A stretch of DNA of 35,141 nt from a virus: positions 1 through 35,141 of the IMG/VR virus record IMGVR_UViG_3300025902_000010. One strand, written 5' to 3'. Under the pieces are notes generated by a model that saw only the letters and a program-made list of their open reading frames with translations, made no database searches and was not told where the DNA came from. The position numbers and the translations under genes were made by a program. This document shows, one piece after another, positions 7,957 through 15,181 of the stretch (within the stretch, counting starts at the first letter, position 1; every line of letters starts with the position of its first letter).

Positions 7957-8072
7957 TCTTCCGGCTCCGGTCTGCCAGAGCATTGTTGATTGCCGCGCCA
8001 CCTAAAACACATAATCCCGATTAGAACGACAATCGCTATAATAACGACTGGATCAACCGTTATAGTTATCAT
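7953..8072 (-). CDS. 39-aa single-pass membrane peptide (below the ORF-track length cutoff)
   Basis: Hand translation: MITITVDPVVIIAIVVLIGIMCFRWRGNQQCSGRPEPEE. RBS GGAGAAGGG. ATGA overlaps at both ends (8069-8072 and 7953-7956). Confidence 0.45.
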   Translation of the reverse strand: MITITVDPVVIIAIVVLIGIMCFRWRGNQQCSGRPEPEE

Positions 8073-8425
8073 CCCTTCTCCTTCCACGCCAGCCACGCCT
8101 CACAGATTGCGCGTTGAGGAGTGTCTGATTCTACTTCTACAATTTCGTAAGAGTTTTGAATCCACTCGCAACCCCATTTGTTCAGGGTGGGATAATATTG
8201 CAAATTAACGTCAGCCTCTTTCATCTCCTCCAGCAACTCACCGCATAACCGCCAATCGTGGGTGTAGTCGGGAGGGAAAGAGAAATACCAAAACCGACTA
8301 TCCACATCGGATTTAGTCGGTCTCTGCCACATTGGGACAGCAGGCGGGGGTAAGGCTACCCACCCCTTTGCCTTGAATATCGCCTCGTTCACCTGTTCGT
8401 CAGTCCATCCAGAATAGTCAGTCAT
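8069..8425 (-). CDS. hypothetical protein (118 aa)
   Basis: ORF track. ATGA coupling on both sides. Confidence 0.65.
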   Translation of the reverse strand: MTDYSGWTDEQVNEAIFKAKGWVALPPPAVPMWQRPTKSDVDSRFWYFSFPPDYTHDWRLCGELLEEMKEADVNLQYYPTLNKWGCEWIQNSYEIVEVESDTPQRAICEAWLAWKEKG

Positions 8426-9150
8426 TCCAACTCCTTCATCAGCGCACGGTGTAGGGTGATGGGACAGTCGGGGGCATGGTCAATCTGTTCACCAAATCTC
8501 GCCCAGTGATGACAGCCACCACGACATACCCACTCATGAGGAAATGCCTCAATAACGTAATTAGACGCCAACCTCTCCCCGTCCTCTTTCAGCCTTGCGA
8601 TAATCTCGTCACGGCGGGCTATCTCTTCCCTCGCTGACCTGTCAATGTTGCATAGTTTTTTCTCGGTTAACGCCAGCTCCTCGTCACGGCTGGCGAGTTT
8701 ATGTTTTTGCTCCATACATACCGTGTTAGCGTAATGTAACTCGTTTATTCTGCGGGCGAGTTCGGCTTCTACCGCCTCCACATAATCAATCAATGTCGTT
8801 ACCCCAATTGCGCTAACATCCGCTGGGTATGTTTTGGCAAGCGTGCGAAAATCTTCGTCAAGATACAGTTCGTCTTTATAATAATCAGGATTAGTATTTT
8901 CAACGGATTGCCCTGTTTTAATATCTGTTAAAACATCCTGTGTCATTGAAACATCAGATTTTGCCGGCTGGCGTGACACAATATATCTCGCAAAGTCCTC
9001 ACCGCACTCTTTGCACTCGTACAATTCAAATTCAGCAGTATGAATGCACTCTACGTATTTCTCACAGTTCGGGCAAAAAACGATAGGCATCCTGTGTTCC
9101 ACAATCATTTCAATATGCTGTTTCAGCCGCTTGCGGTCTTCTGGTTTCAT
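8422..9150 (-). CDS. zinc-ribbon / coiled-coil protein (242 aa)
   Basis: CPNC...CKEC N-terminal ribbon, central coiled coil, C-terminal GGCHHW...HAPDC motif shared with the next gene. Confidence 0.65.
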   Translation of the reverse strand: MKPEDRKRLKQHIEMIVEHRMPIVFCPNCEKYVECIHTAEFELYECKECGEDFARYIVSRQPAKSDVSMTQDVLTDIKTGQSVENTNPDYYKDELYLDEDFRTLAKTYPADVSAIGVTTLIDYVEAVEAELARRINELHYANTVCMEQKHKLASRDEELALTEKKLCNIDRSAREEIARRDEIIARLKEDGERLASNYVIEAFPHEWVCRGGCHHWARFGEQIDHAPDCPITLHRALMKELE

Positions 9151-9980
9151 TTATCACTCCTACTTTCCGCTTCATGCGCTCCAAGCTCCTCAATTTCAGC
9201 ATCGGATAAATCACGCTTTACAACTGTGCTGGTATCGTTATCCAAATAAGCGCGGGCAGCGAGATAAAGACAATCTTCCTCGTGTCCATTTTTCGGGGCA
9301 TCCAACGGAAGATACTTGTCATAATCACAGAACCTGCAACCACCTTCGTTATTGAGAAATCGCTGGATTATCTCTCGTGCAATAATATTTTTGGTTAGCG
9401 CCTCAGCCAGTATCTTTCCGCGTAAACCAACTTTTTCGGGATTGTATCCATGCTCTCTAAGATATTGATTTATTTTTTCAATTGGCATGCTATCAAATTC
9501 ATCCTCCTCAAGAGATGGGTCAGCTGGTCTTTGAACTGGTTTTACATCCACGCTGACTTTGCCATCAGCAACAGCACGGTTGTAATTTGTGATGAATTGG
9601 TCAATCCGCGTGAAGGCGTCTGGAGATATTCCGTAAATACCAATCTTCGCATCCTCGTTGCTGTTATAGGTGCAACAGGCGATTACTGCTCCGATTGTCA
9701 CGGTTGCCTGATTGAGCAAATCATCCGTAACATCAAAACGCTCCCGCAACTCCGCCAGCTCTGCAGTCAGACGGGCGAGTTCGGCTTGCAACTTGTCCTC
9801 GATGGGGCGGGTGTTCCAAGTAACTCGCGGGTCTTTGCCGTGCGCGTGAACTTCTGCTCCGCATACCTCGCAATGAGCAAGTTCAGCATCGCGGAGGACA
9901 CTAAAACAGATATGCGGGGCATCGTTGTTTTCATCACCTTTATAATTTCCACAAAACGGACACGCTTTTAGTTCGCTCAT
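9147..9980 (-). CDS. Lar-family-like (restriction alleviation) N-terminal zinc-ribbon domain fused to a coiled coil and an unknown C-terminal domain (277 aa)
   Basis: CPFCG...HCEVCGAEV...VTWNTRP resembles the Lar family pattern (CPFCG..C..CGA....WN.R). I set the start at the ATG at 9980 (RBS GGAGGAGAG; ATGA overlap with the upstream stop) rather than the track start at 10010. Confidence 0.55.
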   Translation of the reverse strand: MSELKACPFCGNYKGDENNDAPHICFSVLRDAELAHCEVCGAEVHAHGKDPRVTWNTRPIEDKLQAELARLTAELAELRERFDVTDDLLNQATVTIGAVIACCTYNSNEDAKIGIYGISPDAFTRIDQFITNYNRAVADGKVSVDVKPVQRPADPSLEEDEFDSMPIEKINQYLREHGYNPEKVGLRGKILAEALTKNIIAREIIQRFLNNEGGCRFCDYDKYLPLDAPKNGHEEDCLYLAARAYLDNDTSTVVKRDLSDAEIEELGAHEAESRSDK

Positions 9981-10159
9981 CTCTCCTCCACGTACATCAT
10001 CCCCCGCCACACGAATACCCGCTCCGGCACGCGGTCATGCCGGCTCGTGTAATGCTCAATCGCCCTGCTCTCATCGGCTTCATCCCGTACCACGTACACC
10101 CGCGCCAACACGGGTCGCTGGTCGCCCTGGTCGTTGGATAGGCGCGTGATGGCGGTCAT
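9977..10159 (-). CDS. hypothetical protein (60 aa)
   Basis: ORF track; overlapping start and stop. Confidence 0.55.
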   Translation of the reverse strand: MTAITRLSNDQGDQRPVLARVYVVRDEADESRAIEHYTSRHDRVPERVFVWRGMMYVEER

Positions 10160-10389
10160 GATTCGCGTTCCTTGTCAAAAAGTTTCTGCAATCGCCATGC
10201 TTTTTGTCGGTAGGATGTTCGGTTACTCACAATCTCAATAATTGTTGCGTCAAGGTTTCCGGCTACAATCGGCTTAACTCCGAGAATTTTTATATATCTG
10301 TCAAGCCAGTTTCTCTTGTAGGTTCTCTTGCAATGGTCAGCAAGTTTTTCCAATTCCTCGTAACTCAAATCAAGCGGTCTCGCTATCAT
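10156..10389 (-). CDS. hypothetical protein (77 aa)
   Basis: ORF track; ATGA overlap at 10386-10389. Confidence 0.6.
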   Translation of the reverse strand: MIARPLDLSYEELEKLADHCKRTYKRNWLDRYIKILGVKPIVAGNLDATIIEIVSNRTSYRQKAWRLQKLFDKERES

Positions 10390-10550
10390 CCCTCTGTCTC
10401 CTTTTTCGGCTTCCGTTTCAACGGCTTCCCGTCACGGTAGTACACGCCAACGGACGGGTTTTTGCTTGCCGGAGCGGTTGCCCGCTCCAGTTTCGCCACG
10501 CGCTTTTCCAGTTTCGTGATGCGCACCACGAGTTCGTCTATTTCAGTCAT
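10386..10550 (-). CDS. small coiled-coil protein (54 aa from MTEIDEL; track start 10601 also possible)
   Basis: The ATG at 10550 lies just upstream of the previous gene's stop (10545-10543, an 8-nt overlap). Basic C-terminus. Confidence 0.5.
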   Translation of the reverse strand: MTEIDELVVRITKLEKRVAKLERATAPASKNPSVGVYYRDGKPLKRKPKKETEG

Positions 10551-10728
10551 CACAATTTTCTTCTGCGGCGTAGTAGGGGTCTTTCCTATTCCACGAAACA
10601 TTAAACTCGATGAATAACCACCCGAAAAGAAATCCCCAAGCCTCGTATTCGACGTACACTCTGAGGTAAGGAAAAATAATCCAGTCGTTGAAGTGAATAT
10701 CCGGTTTCAGACCATATATAGTTTTCAT
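10543..10728 (-). CDS. hypothetical hydrophobic protein (61 aa from MKTIY)
   Basis: AGGAGG lies 7 nt upstream of the ATG at 10728. The longer track ORF (to 10800) would overlap the SSB gene. Confidence 0.5.
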   Translation of the reverse strand: MKTIYGLKPDIHFNDWIIFPYLRVYVEYEAWGFLFGWLFIEFNVSWNRKDPYYAAEENCDD

Positions 10729-10738
10729 CCCCATCCTC

Positions 10739-11086
10739 CTAAAACGGGTATTCCTGATCCGGCGCGTCCACCTTGAACCCGTCACCCTGCACGATCTCAC
10801 GCGCCACCACCTCGAAGCCCGCCGCGTGTTCTGCGCCGTCCTTGTCCGTCCACTTCCTCGGCGTTTTCGCCTGACCCGTGATCGTGACAGTCGCGCCCTT
10901 TTCGAGTGCGGAGTTCGCTTCGGCTAACTGCTCCCACGCTTCACAGCGTACCCATGCCCTCTCTTTGTAGCCCGCTTCCTTGTTACCCCCCGTGTACATC
11001 CCCAGCGAGAAGGTGAGTACCGCTTTTCCTTCCGGCGTGTACCTGGATTCCGGCTTGCCGACAATTCCTGTCAGTTTGATGTTCAT
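10739..11086 (-). CDS. ssb: single-stranded DNA-binding protein (115 aa)
   Basis: OB-fold-like MNIKLTGIVGKPESRYTPEGKAVLTFSL... and an acidic C-terminal tail ending DQEYPF. Start at 11086 (RBS AAGAGGAG; ATGA overlap), not the track start 11158. Confidence 0.85.
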   Translation of the reverse strand: MNIKLTGIVGKPESRYTPEGKAVLTFSLGMYTGGNKEAGYKERAWVRCEAWEQLAEANSALEKGATVTITGQAKTPRKWTDKDGAEHAAGFEVVAREIVQGDGFKVDAPDQEYPF

Positions 11087-11208
11087 AGTCTCCTCTTTAC
11101 ACTCTCGATTACCAGCCCGACCAGCAGCGCCACGATACCGGCTGCCATAACGACACACCCCACAATCCAGATAATCGCGTATAACGTGAAGTCTCCGGTT
11201 AGTTCCAT
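11083..11208 (-). CDS. 41-aa membrane peptide
   Basis: Hand translation: MELTGDFTLYAIIWIVGCVVMAAGIVALLVGLVIESVKRRL. TGATG and ATGA overlaps with neighbours. Confidence 0.45.
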   Translation of the reverse strand: MELTGDFTLYAIIWIVGCVVMAAGIVALLVGLVIESVKRRL

Positions 11209-11384
11209 CACGCCCCGCCTCCGTAGTGTTCGATGTACCTTGCCACCTGCCGCGCGATCTCCGGGCAGCCGTTATCCCGTGCCATGATGTACAGCGCGTC
11301 CCAACTCTCGCCGTCCCATAATCCCGCGTTGAGTTCGCGCATCAAAAGGTCGCGGACTGCGATTACCTCAAATAATGCTGTCAT
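11208..11384 (-). CDS. hypothetical protein (58 aa)
   Basis: Hand translation: MTALFEVIAVRDLLMRELNAGLWDGESWDALYIMARDNGCPEIARQVARYIEHYGGGA. ATGA overlap at 11381-11384. Confidence 0.5.
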   Translation of the reverse strand: MTALFEVIAVRDLLMRELNAGLWDGESWDALYIMARDNGCPEIARQVARYIEHYGGGA

Positions 11385-11929
11385 TTCCCCGCCTCCAGTT
11401 GTTTTGTCAACTTTCCTACCGCTTCCAGGTACTTTGCGCTCACCTGTTTCACGTCAGGTAAAAGCCGGGTGTCTTCCTCAGCCCGGTTCACGAGTGAGTC
11501 GTAAATCTTGAAAAAGTGCGCCCGGTCAACGGCTATGTTTTCCGACTCCAAAAGGTGACGGTAGCCGATCACCTTGACGGCGCGCTCCACAAGGGGATGC
11601 GAGTATTCCGGGACTCGCGCGTTGAACTGGTAGCGGTAGTATTCCCCGCATAAGTTGACCTGCCTCATTGCGTCTTCCCACGCCTCGTATGCCGTAGGGA
11701 TGTTATGCGCCCCGGTCATTAGTTTGTGCGCCATTTCGCGCCATTCCGCGACGGACGGGAAGAATTTACTTTCAGCCATGATCTGATGCGCCGCCGCTTC
11801 CAGAATTTCACCGGGAATATCAGCCAGTAACTTAGCGTAGAGTTTCACCGAGTCAGCCGATAATTCATAGCGCGGGTAGGCGTGCGCCATAACGCCCATA
11901 ATCATTGAAACCGTTTCAGAAGATGCCAC
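11381..11929 (-). CDS. G39P-like replicative-helicase loader (182 aa)
   Basis: Follows the replisome organizer, as in SPP1-type modules. The AHAYPRYELSADSVKLYAKLLADIP...FFPSVAEWRE pattern resembles the G39P family. Confidence 0.5.
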   Translation of the reverse strand: MASSETVSMIMGVMAHAYPRYELSADSVKLYAKLLADIPGEILEAAAHQIMAESKFFPSVAEWREMAHKLMTGAHNIPTAYEAWEDAMRQVNLCGEYYRYQFNARVPEYSHPLVERAVKVIGYRHLLESENIAVDRAHFFKIYDSLVNRAEEDTRLLPDVKQVSAKYLEAVGKLTKQLEAGK

Positions 11930-12662
11930 TTGATACCTCCTCGTTTTTCATTTCAGCCATGGCTTTTAGAATTGCAGCCTTCGACCTGTCAAGCGGTGTC
12001 GCCATGGGCTTTTGTACGCGTTTTGCGATTGCCGTGCGGATTGGCCCGACGAGTGACGAGTAATATTTCACCCGCTTGCCTTGCCCTGAAATCCAGGAAT
12101 AGGCCGCTTGAATATCAGGCAGGGTTGGATTAAGCGCCTCTATTTCGTCAAGCGCTTTGAGGTCGGATGAATTAGCCGGTGGTATTCCTATAACAGATTC
12201 GATCATCTGCTGGGTGAGAGAGGTAGCACCGTTTTTCTCTTTCTCTTCCTCTGTACTCTTACTCTTACTCTTACTCTTACTCTCCGTTACCTTTCGTAAC
12301 GCGTCCGTAACAGGTTCGTAACCGGAATAATCTTTTTTATGTTGCGCCTCCCTGTATTTGCGTTGCTTTTCGTCACTCGGTATTGCCGCTTGGCGCTCTT
12401 CAAATTTACGGATCACGAGACCGGTTGTGTTATCGGTGATGAAGTTGATAGCCTTGAGTTCGTCAATAACCGGCTGCCACCATGACACAGTCCGGCGGGT
12501 GTAAAACTCAATATCGTCCACGCTCGGTAAATGTCCGTCCTGCCCGACCTTCTTCGCTACCATCATCAACTCATACATTCCGAGTTTCGCGTTATCGCTG
12601 AGCCGGTAGTATTTCGGATCGTCTAAAATCTCTGTGTAGAGTTTCAGCCAATAGCCGGCCAT
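11916..12662 (-). CDS. phage replisome organizer (DnaD-like N-terminal domain) (248 aa)
   Basis: N-terminus YWLKLYTEILDDPKYYRLSDNAKLGMYELMMVAKKVGQDGHL is typical of the replisome-organizer N-domain. Central (SK)n linker. Confidence 0.6.
   Translation of the reverse strand: MAGYWLKLYTEILDDPKYYRLSDNAKLGMYELMMVAKKVGQDGHLPSVDDIEFYTRRTVSWWQPVIDELKAINFITDNTTGLVIRKFEERQAAIPSDEKQRKYREAQHKKDYSGYEPVTDALRKVTESKSKSKSKSTEEEKEKNGATSLTQQMIESVIGIPPANSSDLKALDEIEALNPTLPDIQAAYSWISGQGKRVKYYSSLVGPIRTAIAKRVQKPMATPLDRSKAAILKAMAEMKNEEVSSGIF
12255..12283. repeat. hexanucleotide microsatellite (ACTCTT x4.8) encoding SKSKSKSKS
   Basis: Seen directly: actcttactcttactcttactcttactct. Confidence 0.9.
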
Positions 12663-13058
12663 CTACAACAACCTCCCCTGTCCCGGTAACGGGTTCAGCA
12701 CGTCCGAGCCGTAGAGTTTGTTGATCTTCGACTTGTACGCGTGTACCTTCTGCAGCGTACTCATGGCCTGCGATTCTTCCTGCGCCGCGAAATGGACGTG
12801 TTTCTCAATGTCCTCCTGGTCGCTCCCGTTCATGAACAGCCCGCCGTCCTCGCGGTCCGAGCAGATCACCACGCCGTTGGAGGGATCCCCGTTGATTGCG
12901 CTTATCACCGCACGGAGTTTGCGCCGGTTATTGTCGGTCGGCTTGCCGTACATCATGGTCGTCAGCTCGTCGTAACTGATCCGGTTGGCTGAACCAACGT
13001 GGCGGAGCATGACAGTATTCACGGTGGTGAGAATGTGCTGGTCGATTTCAATTTTCAT
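12663..13058 (-). CDS. hypothetical protein (131 aa)
   Basis: ORF track; contiguous with neighbours. Confidence 0.65.
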   Translation of the reverse strand: MKIEIDQHILTTVNTVMLRHVGSANRISYDELTTMMYGKPTDNNRRKLRAVISAINGDPSNGVVICSDREDGGLFMNGSDQEDIEKHVHFAAQEESQAMSTLQKVHAYKSKINKLYGSDVLNPLPGQGRLL

Positions 13059-13285
13059 TCGTCCTCCATATCCGCGCCGATATTTTCCTCAAGCCAAAGT
13101 GCATAATCACCGTTCTCTTTGACTTCCTCCAGGCACTCGTCACATATCCACTCGTACCCGCCCTCGTTGTGGTTCAAGTCGCCGCCGTCAAACACGTCAC
13201 CGCACTTGTCACACTCCCAGTGTGTCGGTTCGTCCGGCGGGTCAAGGTATCTGTCATTTCGTGGGTTGTAATCAAGCCAGTTCAT
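13055..13285 (-). CDS. acidic zinc-ribbon protein (76 aa)
   Basis: CDKCG...CDEC; strongly acidic composition. Confidence 0.6.
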   Translation of the reverse strand: MNWLDYNPRNDRYLDPPDEPTHWECDKCGDVFDGGDLNHNEGGYEWICDECLEEVKENGDYALWLEENIGADMEDE

Positions 13286-13500
13286 TGTCCGGCCTCCTGC
13301 AAAACGTCAGCGTATTTGTCAACGTGGCCACACGGGTTGGTCCAGGTATTCACCGAATACCACTCGCCATCTTCGCAAAACCGCTTGTCAACAGGTTCGC
13401 CACGAGGACCACCACACACCGGACATTTGTCAGATATTCGGATTGCGCGTGGTCCTATTGGCCATCCTTCACGAGTTCGTTCCATCACGATTACGTCCAT
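13282..13500 (-). CDS. small zinc-binding protein (72 aa from MDVIVME)
   Basis: The ATG at 13500 is preceded by a purine-rich RBS (GGAGGGGAAGGGAGAG). The track start at 13563 is a GTG. CPVCGG...C...CGH. Confidence 0.55.
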   Translation of the reverse strand: MDVIVMERTREGWPIGPRAIRISDKCPVCGGPRGEPVDKRFCEDGEWYSVNTWTNPCGHVDKYADVLQEAGQ

Positions 13501-13584
13501 CTCTGCTCTCCCTTCCCCTCCCGTCCCGGTCGTGTTTCCCCCGCGTTGTTGAGGCGCGTTCACCGGGCGCTTGGAGGAGTCGTG

Positions 13585-14226
13585 TTACCCGCCGTTGCGA
13601 GCGGATAGAATTGTTTGTGCTGCAGTCAGTTTGCGCTCCTGCTCATCCGTGCGCTTCGGCATTTTCGCCAGCGCGTTTGCCATGTTCGAGAGTGTCTCGG
13701 TATCAATGTCGCCGTATTTCACGCCGTCCCGGTTCGTCTCGGCAAGCGCAAACTCAAGCGTCATTTTTCCATTGGCCTTCTGCGGTTCCGGTTTCGCCTG
13801 ATAAGGTTTTTCCGGCCGTTCGTGGTTCTTCGCCGGCGCGTTGCCGTCTGTGTCCTCGTCCGTTGCCAGTCCCACGATCGCTCCGAAGGAATAGCGACGG
13901 AGATAGGTTATAATTGACCCTGCAACCTGTGCCAAAGATTTTCCCTTTTCGTCGCCGAGCGGGAGTGAGATCGTGTCCTCGATCCATTGCCCGCTCGTGT
14001 GTAACAACGTGGTGGTAACTCCGATCTGACCGTCTACGCTCACCGGCTGTTGGCTGATGCTCAGGCCGTGTTTGGCGAGCACCGGTGACGCTACCCGGAT
14101 CATCTCCGCCAGGTCAGCGTACTTGTTTTTCAGGAAGGGATTGACCGCGTTCATCGGTACTGCGGGCATTTCAGCCTGTGCCTGTGCTAATGCTGCTGCT
14201 AACTTGTCTAACTGTTCTGACTTCAT
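13585..14226 (-). CDS. erf: ERF-family single-strand annealing protein (213 aa)
   Basis: NPFLKNKYADLAEMIRVASPVLAKHGLSISQ ... ITYLRRYSFGAIVGL are ERF superfamily hallmarks. Confidence 0.8.
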   Translation of the reverse strand: MKSEQLDKLAAALAQAQAEMPAVPMNAVNPFLKNKYADLAEMIRVASPVLAKHGLSISQQPVSVDGQIGVTTTLLHTSGQWIEDTISLPLGDEKGKSLAQVAGSIITYLRRYSFGAIVGLATDEDTDGNAPAKNHERPEKPYQAKPEPQKANGKMTLEFALAETNRDGVKYGDIDTETLSNMANALAKMPKRTDEQERKLTAAQTILSARNGG

Positions 14227-14492
14227 TTCATCTCCTCTCTAATCAGTCTGTATTCCTCTTCGATCAAGCGGTACAAATCCAACTGCCTGGATTCGGTCTG
14301 GATGGCAAGTTTCTCAAGTTCATCTAGCGCGGTCTCGTCGTTTGAGTAGATCGCTGCCTTGTACTCATTCCAGATTTCGTCAGCCCGACGCGCGATCTCG
14401 TTGTATTCCCGTGTCAATTCGTGAACGCGCCAGGTGCGGCGGCTGGTAGGCCGTAAACAAAACGCAGGCGGATAAGTCATGATCTCTGTCAT
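14223..14492 (-). CDS. hypothetical early protein (89 aa)
   Basis: ORF track; ATGA overlaps. Confidence 0.6.
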   Translation of the reverse strand: MTEIMTYPPAFCLRPTSRRTWRVHELTREYNEIARRADEIWNEYKAAIYSNDETALDELEKLAIQTESRQLDLYRLIEEEYRLIREEMK

Positions 14493-14662
14493 GATTCCAC
14501 CTGCTTTACCGGCTCAAACTTCACGCCCTCGTAGACTTCAGCAGTCAGCGCGTCAGCCAATGACTTGTACAGGATCACGCTGCGTTTCTTGCCGTCCCGC
14601 GAGTAAATCCGATACCCACCTTCTTCTTCGTGGATTTCAGGGAACTTGCTTATCTCTGCCAT
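14489..14662 (-). CDS. hypothetical early protein (57 aa)
   Basis: Hand translation: MAEISKFPEIHEEEGGYRIYSRDGKKRSVILYKSLADALTAEVYEGVKFEPVKQVES. ATGA overlap at 14489-14492. Confidence 0.5.
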   Translation of the reverse strand: MAEISKFPEIHEEEGGYRIYSRDGKKRSVILYKSLADALTAEVYEGVKFEPVKQVES

Positions 14663-14739
14663 CGTGCCCCCCTTGTGCCGAGTAGATATCCGGCTGAAAA
14701 AACCAGTACGATGAAAATTGCAAGTCCAGTGTTTATCAT
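14650..14739 (-). CDS. 29-aa membrane peptide, first ORF after the early promoter
   Basis: Hand translation: MINTGLAIFIVLVFSAGYLLGTRGARWQR. RBS GAGAGGAG 7 nt upstream. Confidence 0.4.
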   Translation of the reverse strand: MINTGLAIFIVLVFSAGYLLGTRGARWQR

Positions 14740-14776
14740 TGCGTCTCCTCTCTGTTATGTTTTTATTTCTAATATC

Positions 14777-14804
14777 AGTATAACAAGTGGTTTCAAAAAG
14801 TCAA
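14777..14804 (-). promoter_or_regulatory. sigma70-type early promoter (-35 TTGACT, 16-nt spacer, -10 TATACT)
   Basis: Minus strand reads TTGACTttttgaaaccacttgtTATACT, about 35 nt upstream of the first early RBS. Confidence 0.5.
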
Positions 14805-14836
14805 TAGGCAATATTTACAAATATGCAAAGTCTAAA

Positions 14837-14880
14837 ATAGCATATAGTAAACCGTGAAAACAGGTTGTGTAATATGCTAT
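14837..14880. repeat. 9-bp inverted repeat ATAGCATAT / ATATGCTAT with 26-nt spacer (inner AACC..GGTT pairing); a third ATATGC half-site at 14821-14826
   Basis: Seen directly in the AT-rich region just upstream of the early promoter. Confidence 0.6.
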
Positions 14881-14893
14881 GCAGTATGTTTTT

Positions 14894-14924
14894 ATGGCTA
14901 TAAATCATGGCTATGACATGCCAT
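14894..14924. repeat. direct repeats ATGGCTAT (14894, 14907; 13-bp period) plus ATGCCAT (14918)
   Basis: Seen directly. Confidence 0.55.
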
Positions 14925-14966
14925 ACTTGTTAATTATGGTTGGTTATACCAAATATGATGTTAAAT

Positions 14967-15005
14967 AGCGCTAATGCGCTCATGTTTGAATAAGGGGCGA
15001 CCCTT
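14967..15005 (-). terminator. two short GC hairpins (AGCGC-TAAT-GCGCT at 14967-14980; AAGGG-GCGA-CCCTT at 14992-15005); possible weak terminators between the noncoding block and the early promoter
   Basis: Seen directly. On the minus strand the first-named hairpin is followed by an A/T-rich tract (ATTTAACATCATATTT). The stems are only 5 bp. Confidence 0.3.
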
Positions 15006-15029
15006 GACTAAAAATAATCAGAAGTAATT

Positions 15030-15048
15030 TATAGTTTTGTAAACTATA
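15030..15048. promoter_or_regulatory. 19-bp palindrome TATAGTTT-TGT-AAACTATA (operator-like), overlapping a plus-strand TATAAT hexamer (15045-15050)
   Basis: Perfect 8+8 bp inverted repeat, seen directly. Confidence 0.5.
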
Positions 15049-15123
15049 ATCGACAAATATCGTTCATTGATCTATACAATCGACCATAATCGAATCACCT
15101 AACGGATAAGTAATATCACCTAA
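15047..15123. repeat. iteron-like direct repeats: AATCGA(C/A) at 15048, 15078 and 15088; ATCACCTAA at 15094 and 15115 (21-bp period)
   Basis: Seen directly. Confidence 0.5.
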
Positions 15124-15134
15124 ACTCATGGTAA

Positions 15135-15158
15135 TAACTTATCAACAACGATAAGTTA
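15135..15158 (-). other. AT-rich 9-bp hairpin TAACTTATC-AACAAC-GATAAGTTA at the 3' (minus-strand) end of the structured block
   Basis: Perfect inverted repeat, seen directly. Confidence 0.4.
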
Positions 15159-15181
15159 AATGTCACAATAATTCCTACCTT

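Noticed and set aside
10739-11158. Long upstream extensions of several track ORFs (SSB to 11158, lysin to 21483, GT2 to 27617, GT2 to 29519, gp10-like to 34054, chaperone to 25775, 65-aa ORF to 31548).
   Set aside because: The extensions are Arg/Cys-rich, overlap the preceding gene extensively, and lack RBSs. In each case an internal ATG with a good RBS and a short overlap (ATGA, or 8-20 nt) with the upstream stop gives a conventional N-terminus.
13501-13584. The 84-nt gap after the ERF gene as a regulatory RNA or terminator.
   Set aside because: Only weak, alternative 4-5 bp pairings could be drawn (CCGGT/ACCGG, CGCG/CGCG), and no U-tract follows. It also contains the purine-rich RBS for the next gene. 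The evidence is too thin for a call.
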